Origin: Blastocystis sp. Blastoise
Lineage: Eukaryota > Protista > Bigyra: Opalinata
Direction of reading: 5' to 3'
NCBI GenBank assembly: GCA_039096225.1
Contig: JBBPEB010000020.1
Location: 468,123-532,122, forward strand
DNA: 64,000 bases
Shown here: positions 1 to 13,296 of the stretch, piece by piece
Position numbering within the stretch: position 1 is the stretch's first letter
How the letters are laid out: each line of letters starts with the position of its first letter
Translations under genes and position numbers: made by a program
The notes under the pieces: model-generated
What the model saw: the letters and a program-made list of their open reading frames with translations, nothing else
Database searches by the model: none
Told to the model about the DNA's origin: nothing

Positions 1-826
1 CTAATAGTTCTTATAGCTTGTGTTTCATCATTATTTTGAGTATTACTATTGATAATAGGAAAAGGATCAATATAATCAGAATCAGAATCATTATCAGAAA
101 AACTACTACTACTACTACTACTACTATCACTTGAACTACTACTACTACTACTATTAGGTATTGTTGTTATAATTTCTGATTCATTATCATTATTTAAATT
201 AATATGAGGAATATTTGTTATCAAACTTAAAGGAGGAAGAATAGGACTTAAATCAGGAATAGTTAAATAACTATTCATGATAGAATTAATGGATCTATTA
301 TTTCTATGTATTATTGTTTCATTATTATTAGTATTAGTGTTATTTCTTGAATGATTCGTATTATCATTAATGATTGCAGAATTATTATTGTTAGATATAT
401 TTACATCAGTTGGAATAGTACTAACAACAGGTAAAGAGTGTGAAGAAGTATTAATGGAATCGTTATTATTATTAGAAACTGAAATATTATTTTCTGTAGG
501 TTGTATAATAGTAGTTGATATAGGAATAGATTGATTATTATTATTAATTTGACTTTGAACAATAGATATGTTATTAATTGATTGATTAACTGGATTCATT
601 TGATTGAATAGGTTTGAACCATTATTTAATATAGAATTATTATTATTTATTTGTGAATAACTATTATCTATATCAATATCAATATTGTTATTTGAATTAT
701 TGTTTTGAATGTTTTGTAAAGAAATATTATTTTGTATATTAAAAGTCGAAAACAAAGCTAAAGGTTTAGTGTTAAAACCAAATGATTTAGATAAATCATT
801 ATTATTTATTTTATCCTTATTGGAAC
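1..826 (-). CDS. Partial host exon encoding a low-complexity Asn/Ser-rich protein region; runs off the window start
   Basis: Manual translation after a TAG acceptor (828-827) gives an uninterrupted frame (SNKDKINNDLSKSFGFNTKPLALFSTF...SSSSSS...DSDSDYIDPFP...) to position 1. It is absent from the ORF track, probably because it has no stop in the window. Confidence 0.55.
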
Positions 827-939
827 CTATATATATTAATAGTTAGATATTAATTATATTATGTTTAAGTTTAGAATAAAGTTTAGTTGTGTAGTATATA
901 AATTAACTTTCATTGTTATAGTTGTTGAAGTAATTATTA

Positions 940-1196
940 ATTAATATAAAGTATAACATTTATTAATATAATATAATACATAGATATACTATGATATATT
1001 TATTAATATAAAGTATATAACTCTTATTAATATAATAATACATAAGTATAGTATGATATATATTAATTAATATAAAGTATAACCTTTATTAATATAATAT
1101 AAGTCATAAGTATAGTATGATATATTTATTAATATAAAGTATATAACTCTTATTAATATAATAATACATAGATATACTATGATATATTAATTAATA
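940..1196. repeat. Tandem repeat, about 4 copies of a ~63-65 bp AT-rich unit
   Basis: Recurring attaatataaagtata...tattaatata...cata..tata.tatgatatat. Confidence 0.75.
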
Positions 1197-1599
1197 CAAG
1201 CGTTTCACGACTGGCTACACCAGCCTACGCTTGAGTTTAGATAATTATTATCTCTCAATTGTTATATATTACATTGAATTTTAAAAAATGAATATTTATT
1301 CTTATGTTTTTGTTATTCATTTCTGTTTTTATTTTTTTTTAGGATTAAAACTATTTCATATTTTATAAATTATTATTTCAATTGCTTTTAATTGTTATCT
1401 TCTAATCTTAATTTTCAATTTAGTATTTTAAATAATTTAATTCATACATATTGATAATTCTTACTTAACATTCTATATGTTTTTGAGTATTATTTCCTTT
1501 TTTATTTAATATTCTTTTTAGCCATTTTTATTATTGATTATATATATTTATTGTTTATCAATGATAATTAATTAACTCTTGTGTTTTATTTTTGATCTT

Positions 1600-1668
1600 A
1601 TTTCTATTTCTATTTCTATTTCTATTTCTATTTCTATTTCTATTTCTATTTCTATTTCTATTTCTATT
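1600..1668. repeat. (ATTTCT)n microsatellite
   Basis: Direct reading. Confidence 0.95.
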
Positions 1669-2342
1669 TAGTTTTCAATATTAATTCACTTTTCTTTGTT
1701 ATTTCATTTATAACTTTCTATGTATTTTATCAATTCATTTAGTTTTATAAATATTTAGTATTTTAAATAATATCAATATGATTATAAAATACTTTTTCTT
1801 TTAAAACATATTATTATCACTTATACCCTACCTTTAAATATTTATGTTTTATTTGAATTAGTCTATATAATTATTATTGTGAGAAATAGCTTATTCTCTT
1901 GTCTAAAAAAAACATTATATATTCTTTTCATATATTGTTTTGTTTTATTTTTAAAATATTATAATTTTGATATCTATTTGTTTTTTTATATTTTATCCTT
2001 TCCTTTTATATATACTATTATATAAATATTTTAGAAATTTTATTATACAGCTTTTCTCAATTAATAAATGTTTAATTATATAAATAGTAATCATATCTTG
2101 ATATTATTTGATAAATATTATAATTTTTCTTTTATTATACTTATTTTAGTTTGAATTATTAACACAAAAGTACTCTTAATAATTAAAAGATATTTATTAC
2201 TTTATATAATAAACAAAAAAATTAGAGTTTAATTTTAATATTTATCATTAATAGAATTTATTCGTTATAAGTAAAAGAGAATATTTATAGAGAAATTATC
2301 TTTTCATTATTTAAAATTAATTATATCAAATTTAATTCAATT

Positions 2343-2523
2343 CAGTGTCTTCCCTGTCACTGGACGAAATTGCCACGTGGCAATTGTCACCAAAATTTGT
2401 GACAAAATATTTATTTTTGACAGTGTAATTTTATATTTTTATGACTAAGTCAATTTAAGTCTGGCTGAAAGTGACAGTCAGCTATTGTCATGGCAATTGT
2501 CACAAAAGTCAGGGAAGACATTG
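2343..2523. mobile_element. 181-bp non-autonomous hAT-type MITE
   Basis: TIRs CAGTGTCTTCCCTG / CAGGGAAGACATTG (1 mismatch in 14); perfect 8-bp TSD ATTCAATT at 2335-2342 and 2524-2531; internal TGTCAC/GTGACA repeats. Confidence 0.85.
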
Positions 2524-3018
2524 ATTCAATTTTTATAGTGTTATCAAAATCATTCTAGAAATAAGAAATAAGAACTAAAATATAAAACAAAAATTACATT
2601 CCATTTCATAACTAAATAGATTTAAATACTTTGGAAACTTTACCTATTATACATAAAATATAGCTTATAAAACAAATAAGTTATTTTTAAAAAATTCTAA
2701 AAGATTTTAACATTTTGAAATACACACATTCACTTTTATTAAAACGAATTTTATATTAATATACATATATATTTAATTTAGTATTTTAATTTGTAAAAAA
2801 TAACTTGAATCTCTTTTGTTTAAAGTCACAATTACAAAAAATGAGTTCTTTTGAAAGACAAAAAACATTCTTTAAACAATAATAGTTTTGTATTTAGTGA
2901 CAAAAAAACGTATTATACTGTTTTAGAAACAATTAAAATCATTTTACCCATTTTAACATTCACTAGCAGGCATTTTTACGGTTTTTTCCGCCACCCAACA
3001 TCGAATTCGCAATAGTGC

Positions 3019-3230
3019 TGCAATCGCAATTATTGCCATTTCTCAACTGGAAATAAAATTATTGCCGTTTCCGCAATTGCAATTATTGCCGTTCCTATAG
3101 TGGAAATGATAAAAATTGCAATTGCAGAAACGGCAATAAATTTATTTCCAGTTGAGAAATGGCAATAATTGCGATTGCATAAATAGCAATTATTATCTAT
3201 AGTTTTGAAATGGCGATAATTGCGATTGCA
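3019..3230. repeat. Subterminal inverted repeat (~66-bp arms 3019-3084 / 3114-3179) plus a further partial unit
   Basis: tgcaatcgcaattattgccatttctcaactggaaataaa... mirrored by ...tttatttccagttgagaaatggcaataattgcgattgca; reiterated GCAATTATTGCC motif. Confidence 0.85.
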
Positions 3231-3767
3231 GAAATAAAAATACTTTCATTTTCAAATAATATTTTTTTTACTTTCATTTTTTGTTGCTTCTTTAATCTAA
3301 TAATAAAAACAAACAATTTTTAGTTTCTTAATTACAGAAATAACAAACATATTTTATGCAATTTTTTAACAATTTTCAAGAGATTAAGTATCATGTAAAC
3401 GCTTATAAACCAATTAATCACTTCATTACTCATCTAAAATATATATATATATATGTAATAAAATATTATCAAATAATACCTTGATTTACCATAATTATGA
3501 CATTTGAGAATACTTAAGCAGTTAACTATAAAAAAATACATAGACCATGGATATATAAAATAATTATTTATTATTATAAATATATATTAGATATTATATT
3601 ATATTATCACTTATAGAAATTTTTATAAAATAAATAATTCTAGTGTAATCTAATACTATATATATAGATATTAATTAGAAATATAAAAATTAAATAGAAA
3701 TATAAAAGTGATAAATATAATAAATATAATAAATATAATAAATACTTAAATAAAAATTATTAATATT

Positions 3768-4669
3768 TTATTCAATATAATGTTCATAACAGAATTTTAG
3801 ATCGTTTAATAGTTCATTTTTTTCTTTAGTAAGCAGTGAAACTTCATCTATTATTGAATCAGCCGAATATGACCTATTCTAAAAATATAATAATTATTTA
3901 TTGATATTTAATAAAAATAATAAATATATACAAGCCATGTAGTTTCATCAATTGAATTGGAGCCATCTGAAGTTGATACATTAATCGATCGTATTCTAAA
4001 GAATTTTAATATAGAATTTTTATACCTTTTATTTCTAATCGAAGCAGCTATAACATTCTGAACCTGGAATGGATCAACTATCTTGTTTTGGTCCTGATTT
4101 TGAATTACGTTCCAAACAATCGAGCATATCTTCTTGAAGAGGATATTATCCATATCAATAGTATATCTTCCCTTTAAGAGCTTCCACATTTGAAAAGCAT
4201 TTTTCCTTTCATCAACAGATAAAACAAATGGCACCAAATTCAAAGCAGCCTAAATATTTAGAATAAATTAAGGGGTATATAATTTTATTAGTATAATGAA
4301 TATTATAGCATACGTATATTTGTTTTCTCGATAGAACGTGAGGCCCAGCATATCCAAAGTGTTTAATACACAATTTCCTCAGAAGAATCTCCAGATCACT
4401 GTCACAGGAATAGTGGCAATCAGTTACTATAAACATATCGATAGAGAGATAAATAATACAATACTACCATCAAAAAAATCTACATAGCCGTTAAAGAACG
4501 ATTTCACCTGCTTCAATGTTTTATGTCTAAGCCTTTTTATTTTCTTTTTAGTTTTCCTTTTGGTGTCTGAATGTTCATCCAAAGAAACTGACAAGTTTTG
4601 CGACGACATTAGTATTGAATCATGCAAGTTTGATGAATTATTATCCGCAGATCCTGTGGTTTCACTCAT
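3768..4669 (-). CDS. Four-exon accessory gene of the outer CACTA element, function unknown
   Basis: ORFs 4427-4669, 4212-4436 and 3908-4243 plus a last exon 3878-3768 are separated by short GT..AG AT-rich introns; homologous to the spliced gene at 43400-44260. Confidence 0.65.
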
Positions 4670-5604
4670 CTAATTAACTAATAAATTTTATAAGAGGCTA
4701 AAAATAAAATAAAAAATGAAGATTCAACCATTCTAATTATTTACACATCATCATCAAAAGTTAAATATTAATACAAATATAATCTTTATTATTTTAAATA
4801 AAATCATTGAATAATTAAATTTTCACGAATAAATACAGATTCATAGAATTTCATTAATTACTTTTTTTCACGTTAGAATCCTGCATATAAATGCATTCGT
4901 TTATGTTCTTTCAGTCTAGAACATTCTATTTTAAACTCGAAAGGACTTAAGGCAACCATGACAAATTTGAAATAAGAATTATCAAACATTTATCATCTTA
5001 TCGTTCTTTAGTAATGAATAGCATCAAAAGTTTTCATCCACATAAAAGAGAATCAGTTATAAGTAAATTCTTTATAATGACAACAAATTTTTAACTATTC
5101 TGTAATACAAATCATTATATTATATTTTAGAAACTATCCAACCTATAAATAATACAAATCTCAATACTTATGATGTTGATACTTTTGACATATCAGCTGA
5201 ATGTAAATATTTTCATATTCGACATCAGTTTTAATAAATATTATATATTACATAGACTTAATATGTGACTATATAATACATTATTTGTTATAATAATAAT
5301 TCTAATCATAGATTTTGTTTGTATTATTTGAAATAGATGGATACTTTATTATATATTATTTTCTCAATAATATTATATGTATTAGCTTACAATATAAATA
5401 TATAGTACATCAAACTGAAGACATCAATGACAAGATTATTAAGGAAATAAAAAGACTATCCGTATATTTGTATAATTTCTTAAATTCTTTTTTGTAATCA
5501 GCAACATTATTCTCTAGTCTCTATTTTTTATAAAGATACTACTTGATTTGCTATTAAACATATACTTTTTTACATATATCAAATTTATAATTATTTGTGT
5601 ATAG

Positions 5605-8583
5605 GATGGAGTAGTAGTATCTAGATGCAATTCATTATCGAATGAAATAGAAAATGAAGCATATAGGTTATGGGTTAAACTAGAAGTCTCAATTGAGAAG
5701 TTTCGTGATATCCTCTTTTCAGTTTATTCAATGTTAAAATTAACGAACGTAGCAGCTACACAACTATTAAGCCTAAGTCTTGATACGCAAACATATATTA
5801 GGAATATAAGATCTAATCAAGAGTTCTATCCAGAGTCGTTGAGACTCTATATCTGCCCTAAATGCTTTAATATAACAGCTATGACATCATCAAGAAACAA
5901 TTTAAACAGCGACAGAACTTTGTGCCCAATTGACGTTGATATACCAGGAAGTAGTATATTAATGATAATATAAATTATATTTATTATATATGATGTTCTA
6001 TATATATTTATAGAAATTTATCACACATCTATCCTGCCTTTGATTCCAAGAATTTCTAGCCTTTTGAATGATCCAGATATGATGAGTGACTTATGCTACT
6101 ATACAAAAGAAGAAATTATATCATTGCTCTATCTTCATAATAGTGAGAACTATTATATTCCTATATCAGATGTGAATTATTCAGCAAGTCCTATCAATTT
6201 ACCAACTAACATACCTAAGTATTTTTATGGATCTTCTTTCTACAAATATACACGTCCTTTAATAGAGAAGGCTGATATATTTTTATATTTTTCAGTAACT
6301 TCAGATGGCATATCAGTGATTAGTAAACCACAAAAAGAAGACAATAAATCAACTTACCCTATTACTGTTAAACTTCTAAATTATTTTCAAAAAAGAAAGG
6401 TTGATAATCGCAGATTATGGGTTTATAGCTGTCCAGTTAGTAGTATGGTTAACCCTGTTATTGAAGTACTCTGTGAGGAATTAGCACATTTAGAACAAGG
6501 TATGAATATACAAATCAATAAGACCAATGAATATAAACGTGTTGTTGGTATTCTTTTAGATGTATATGGAGACTTTCCAGCCATGTCAAAAATGGCTAAT
6601 ACACCAAGTTCTTCTAGCACATGTCCATGTAGATTCTGTAACCTCTCTGTTTCTAGATCAAGAACAAATATCTTTCATTCTGGAATAAAGTGTTGCTACG
6701 AAGAATCAGTATGTTTTAGAGATGAGAATCAAAACATAACAACATTTCATATACCAATCTATCGTCCCAATGAACCATTAAATTCGAATAACATGATCAT
6801 AGATTATCTCGACGAATCAATAATTAATGCAAATGTATGTGTCTCAATATCTCCTCCATTAGAGATGCCGACTTCATCAATATATAAAGATTCTTTACTA
6901 TCTTCAACGCCTTCTTATCGTTCATCAGAAGTATCTACTCAATTATTAAACAATACGAATGAGGTTAATGTTGATATACCAATTAAAGGTTTTAAGAAGT
7001 TATCTTATTTTGACACTCTAGAATCTTGCTCTTTAGATCCAATGCACTTGTTGAATAATGTTGCAACATCATTGATGGAACTCCTTTGGAACTATCCAAA
7101 AACAAAAGTATATTCTAATTTAGACTATATATTGACAAAAAATGATTCTTTAAAGTTCATCTCAAAGATATCATTATCAGAAGATAATAAGACAATAATT
7201 AAAACTAGGATGAAGAATATGAATATGTTATACAATGCTGATATGTATCAAATTAGTACAATACTAGATGATCTTAATTTCTATTCTTGTTCATCTCATA
7301 GCCGAATTCTTTTTTTTTCAAGAGTACTCCCTCTTCTTATGTCAGATTTTGTTTATAAAGATTCCCCATTAGTATTAGTTATAGAACTATTTGGATCAAT
7401 TATATGTGATTGTATGAATATCAATCCAATAATAGAGAAAAACCAATTATTATGTTTCGAACAACGTTGTATTCAATTTGTATCAATACTGGAGTCTATT
7501 CTTCCCTCTGTTCTCATAAGTGTTCAAATGCATAGTATCAAGCATCTTGCTTTATGTATAAAACATACAGGCTCTCTATATTACACATCTACATGGGAAT
7601 CAGAAAGGTCATATAGCACAATAAAAAGGATTACAAAAGGAAAATATAACTATAATGAATCTGTTTTGATAAAAGTTCAAGATCAGGAGTCAATTCAAGT
7701 ACATTCAAAACTTAATTGTATGAACAAAAATATAGATAATATAAAAGATAAAAGATATACTTCCTTAGAATGTAAAGAAGTATTCATAGATGATTGTCCA
7801 CTTATATATTCTTTTAAAGGTATAGAAAAACGATCCTTTTCTGAAATTTTTGATAGAGATATTCTATCTATAATTCTATTACTTTCTTCTACATCATCAT
7901 GTTCTATTCGAACAAAATTATTTTCAGAAATATTCGATGATAGTATTACTCCATATATAAGAGAAGAAAAAATTAAGAATGAAATTGATATTCAAAAGAA
8001 GATAATGGAAAATTTCAAGTCATTAAAAAGATATTGTTATAATTCAATAACTGTTAATGGAGGAGTTTCTTTTCGAATAAATAAATCTGATGCCGAAAAA
8101 GGAACAAAGGATAATTCTTATATAATGCAAAGTATATCAATTCAGTTAGATTCTGGAGAATATGTATGGAGACCTGTATTATATAAAGTATTTTTATTTT
8201 TACAATTTGAAGACAGAATGATACTGAAAGTACATAGATATCCAACAGCTAATTATAGCCAATCAAGACTGTATGGATATTTTATAAATTATTCGAATCA
8301 TTTGGATATTTCTTTGTGTTCAGACTATGAATATCTTCTAATCGAAAACATAAAACCATACAATATAATTTGTGTAGATTTTGGAATTTCTAAAGAAATA
8401 GTAGATTCAAATAATAATAATTATGTATATTATTCTAACTAATTTATATATTATTATATTTTTACATAGTCGATACATGATGCACAGAATGAAATTAGAG
8501 AGAATGAAACTAATACTGACGATTCTTATTTGATATCTGTATTCACTACATATAAAGCTGCTTTAGATCAAGAGGATGATTAA
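5605..8583 (+). CDS. CACTA/CMC-superfamily (Transposase_21-like) DDE transposase, spliced; further 5' exons likely
   Basis: Motifs YICPKC, TSDG, GDFPAMSK..CPCRFC, LDPMHLL, MHSIKHL, TWESER. Predicted introns ~5951/5954-6013 and 8425-8469 keep the frame to TAA at 8581-8583. Confidence 0.85.
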
Positions 8584-9336
8584 ATAAATTATTCTTTAAT
8601 TTTGTTTTATAAGAGTTTTACATTTTTATTCATATATATATCCTTTTCTATTTTGTTGAACTATTTGAGAATGAATATGTTACTTGAAGAGATAAAAACA
8701 TATACTAATTTATATATTAACCATTATAAGGTAATTCATGTATTTCATATATCACAATGATGATAATAAACTTATAAATAGCAATATAACATCATAGATT
8801 TTGTGTTCATGTTTTTCTTAACCGTTTAAAATAACATAATAATGTTTAAACATAATACATAACACAACGATAAGCAGAAGTAGATTTCGTAGAATAAAGT
8901 GTATATCTTTTGAAAACGATAATTATCATCATATAATAAATATGTATAACTTGTGATGAAGAGTATTTCATTAATGAAAAGACAGTAAAATAAAAGTATT
9001 CAAATATATATATATAATTGGAAATATCATCATTAATTACATCAAGAATTGATTCATTTAAAACATATATAACATTATGGTTATGTATCTTATGTTAGTA
9101 ATCTTAACAGATAATATCACCTAATACCGAAAGTATAAAAACATAAAAAGAAATTTCTTATATTAAAGATAATACTACTAGTTATTGTTACAGTTATCAT
9201 ATATATCGTTAATGATGGAAGAAGACTTTAGTCATAAGATTGGAATAACATGTACATGAGGGTATTGAATTGTAAAGGACATTACAGTCAATCATAATCG
9301 AAAATAATATAGAAATGCAAGACTGAATAATTCGTA

Positions 9337-12100
9337 GTAGTATATAATCCATAGTATAATATATAATCCATAGTAATATATAATCCATAGTATAATATAT
9401 AATCCATAGTATAGTATTTAATCCATAGTATAGTATTTAATCCATAGTATAGTATTTAATCCATAGTAATATATAATCCATAGTAATATATAATCCATAG
9501 TATAGTATTTAATCCATAGTAATATATAATCCATAGTATAGTATTTAATCCATAGTATAGTATTTAATCAATAGTATAGTATTTAATCAATAGTATAGTA
9601 TTTAATCCATAGTATAGTATTTAATCAATAGTATAGTATAGTATAATATATAATCCATAGTAGAGTATAATATATAATCCATAGTAGAGTATAATATATA
9701 ATCCATAGTATAGTATAATATAATATATAATCCATAGTATAGTATAGTATAATATATAATCCATAGTATAGCATAGTATATATCCATAGTATAGCATAGT
9801 ATATATCCATAGTATAGTATAGTATATATCCATAGTATAGCATAGTATATATCCATAGTATAGTATAGTATATATCCATAGTATAGTATAATATATAATC
9901 CATAGTAGTATTTAATCCATAGTAGTATTTAATCCATAGTATATAATATAGTATATATCCATAGTATAGTATAGTATATATCCATAGTATAGTATTGTAT
10001 AATATATAATCCATAGTAGTATTTAATCCATAGTAGTATTTAATCCATAGTAGTATTTAATCCATAGTATAATATATAATCCATAGTATAATATATAATC
10101 CATAGTATAGTATTTAATCCATAGTATAATATAGTATTTAATCCATAGTATAGTATTTAATCCATAGTATAGTATTTAATCCATAGTATAATATAATATA
10201 TAATCCATAGTATAATATAGTATTTAATCCATAGTATAATATAGTATATAATACATAGTATAATATAGTATTTAATCCATAGTATAATATAGTATATAAT
10301 ACATAGTATAATATAGTATATAATCCATAATATAGTATAATATATAATCCATAGTAATATATAATCCATACTAGTATATAATCCATAGTATAATATAGTA
10401 TATAATATAGTATATAATATAGTATATAATCCATAGTAGTATATAATCCATAGTATTATATTATCCATAGTATTATATTATCCATAGTAGTATATTATCC
10501 ATAGTAGTATATTATCCATATTATAGTATAGTATAATATATAATCCATAATATAGTATATAGTATAATATATAATCCATAGTATAGTATAATATATAATC
10601 CATAGTATAGTATAGTATTTAATCCATAGTATAGTATAGTATAATATATAATCCATAGTATAGTATAGTATAATCCATAATATAGTATAGTATAATATAT
10701 AATCCATAGTATAATATATAATCCATAGTATGGTATAGTATAATCCATAATCATAGAATATAATCATAGTATATAATCATATAATATAGATATAATCTAT
10801 AATATAGTATATAATCTATAATATAGTATAATATAATCTATAATATAGTATAATATATAATCCATAGTATAATATATAATCCATAATAGAGTATAATCCA
10901 TAATATAGTATAATCCATAATATAGTATATAATCCATAATATAGTATATAATCCATAGTATAGTATATAATGCATAGTAGTATATAATCCATTGTAGTAT
11001 TTAATCCATAGTATAATATAGTATATAATCCATAGTATAGTATATAATCCATAGTATAATATATAATCCATAGTATAATATTTAATCCATAGTACTATTT
11101 AATCCATAGTATAGTATATAATCCAGAGTATAGTATATAATCCATAGTATAGTATATAATCCATAGTAATATATAATCCATAGTAATATATAATCCATAG
11201 TAATATATAATCCATAGTAATATATAATCCATAGTATAGTTTAGCATATATCCATAGTAATATATAATCCATAGTATAATATAGTATAATCCATAGTATA
11301 GTATATAATCCATAGTATAATATATAATCCATAGTACTATTTAATCCATAGTATAGTATATAATCCATAGTATAGTATACAATCCATAGTATAGTATACA
11401 ATCCATAGTATAGTATATAATCCATAGTATAGTATATAATCCATAGTAATATATAATCCATAGTAATATATAATCCATAGTAATATATAATCCATAGTAA
11501 TATATAATCCATAGTATAGTTTAGCATATATCCATAGTAATATATAATCCATAGTATAATATAGTATAATCCATAGTATAATATAGTATAATCCACAGTA
11601 TAATATAGTATATAATACATAGTATAATATAGTATAATCCATAGTATAGTATAGTATAATATATAATCCATAGTAGAGTATAATATATAATCCATAGTAG
11701 TATTTAATCCATAGTATAATATATAATCCATAGTATAGTATAGTATATAATCCATAGTATAGTATAGTATATAATCCATAGTAGTATTTAATCCATAGTA
11801 GTATTTAATCCATAGTAGTATTTAATCCATAGTATAATATATAATCCATAGTATAATATATAATCCATAGTAGTATATAATCCATACTAATATATAATCT
11901 ATAGTATAATATATAATCTATAATATAGTATAATCCATAGTATAGTATTTAATCCATAGTATAGTATTTAATCCATAGTAATATATAATCCATAATATAG
12001 TTTTATAATCCATAATATAGTATTATAATCCATAATATAGTTTTATAATCCATAGTATAGTATAGTATAATCCATAATATAATATATAATCCATAATATA
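9337..12100. repeat. ~2.8-kb variable-unit satellite with core AATCCATAGT and (ATAGT/ATAAT)n spacers
   Basis: More than a hundred AATCCATAGT cores at ~15-35 bp spacing, with internal higher-order duplication. Confidence 0.95.
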
Positions 12101-13020
12101 ATATATATATTATATAATATGTTTTCTAATTAAATTAAATAGTAATTGAATGGATATATGAATCCTAATTTCATAATTGCTACTGAATTATCTATTATTA
12201 CTCGAATAATAAAAAAGTAACTATATGAATATGTGCTAAAATAAACCGAATAGAAATATATAAAAAATATATATACTTGATATTGTAACATTTTGTATTT
12301 ATGAGTATCATATAGGATGTCTATCATATAATAGAATTTTGTTAATATCTGTATATAAAATATACATCTGACAAACATACACCCACAAATAATTTATTCA
12401 TGTCACAACTATACTAATATATTTATATCACTTCCAAAGATAATACTAATTCAATTAAAACAAATGAAGTATATGGGAGAATATGTTGAACCGATATCGA
12501 ATCTAATTATATTAAATCTTCTGACTTCAATTAAGTAATTTTAAATGATAAAGAATACTATGATTAATTGGGATTATTATGTTACTACATACATATATTT
12601 GTATAATAATGAACGTATATAAATAAAACATATGTATATGAAATAATATCAGTTATATACATGAATAGAATAGATATATAAAGGTATATGCCATAGTCTG
12701 ATATACTTTGAATAACTGATATAGATAAACATACTTATCACTAATTCAAAATACTAAATGGCTTCTTTAATAAATTAGTAAATTTCTTTCAATCTATAAT
12801 AATTAATTATTAAGTATATAATGTTTTAATAATGCATATATAAATGTTCTATACTTTCTCCTATATAGGACTCTTATGTGTTTAACAAGAAGAAGGATTT
12901 GATGGTATTACCAGTAGCTATTTATTTAGAATCAATAATACTCTTGAAGTAATTGGCTAAACTATATTTTATCAATGTATTCAAATTAGAGGTTTTTGCC
13001 GAAATATAAAATATTAAACT

Positions 13021-13106
13021 ATATATATGTTATATATATATATATGCTATATATATATGTTATATAAATATATGTTATATAAATATATGTTATATATATA
13101 TATATG

Positions 13107-13165
<59 letters not shown>

Positions 13166-13296
13166 ATATATATATGTTATATATATATATGTTATATATA
13201 TATATGTTATATATATATATGTTATATAAATATATGTTATATATATATATGTTATATATATATATGTTATATATATATATGTTATATATATATATA
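13021..13296. repeat. (TA)n / TATATGTTA compound microsatellite
   Basis: Direct reading. Confidence 0.9.

Noticed and set aside
9602-11779. Many overlapping Y/I/L-rich ORFs, and a possible CRISPR-like appearance
   Set aside because: Translations of the satellite; the spacers are permutations of the same 5-mers rather than unique sequences, and there are no cas genes
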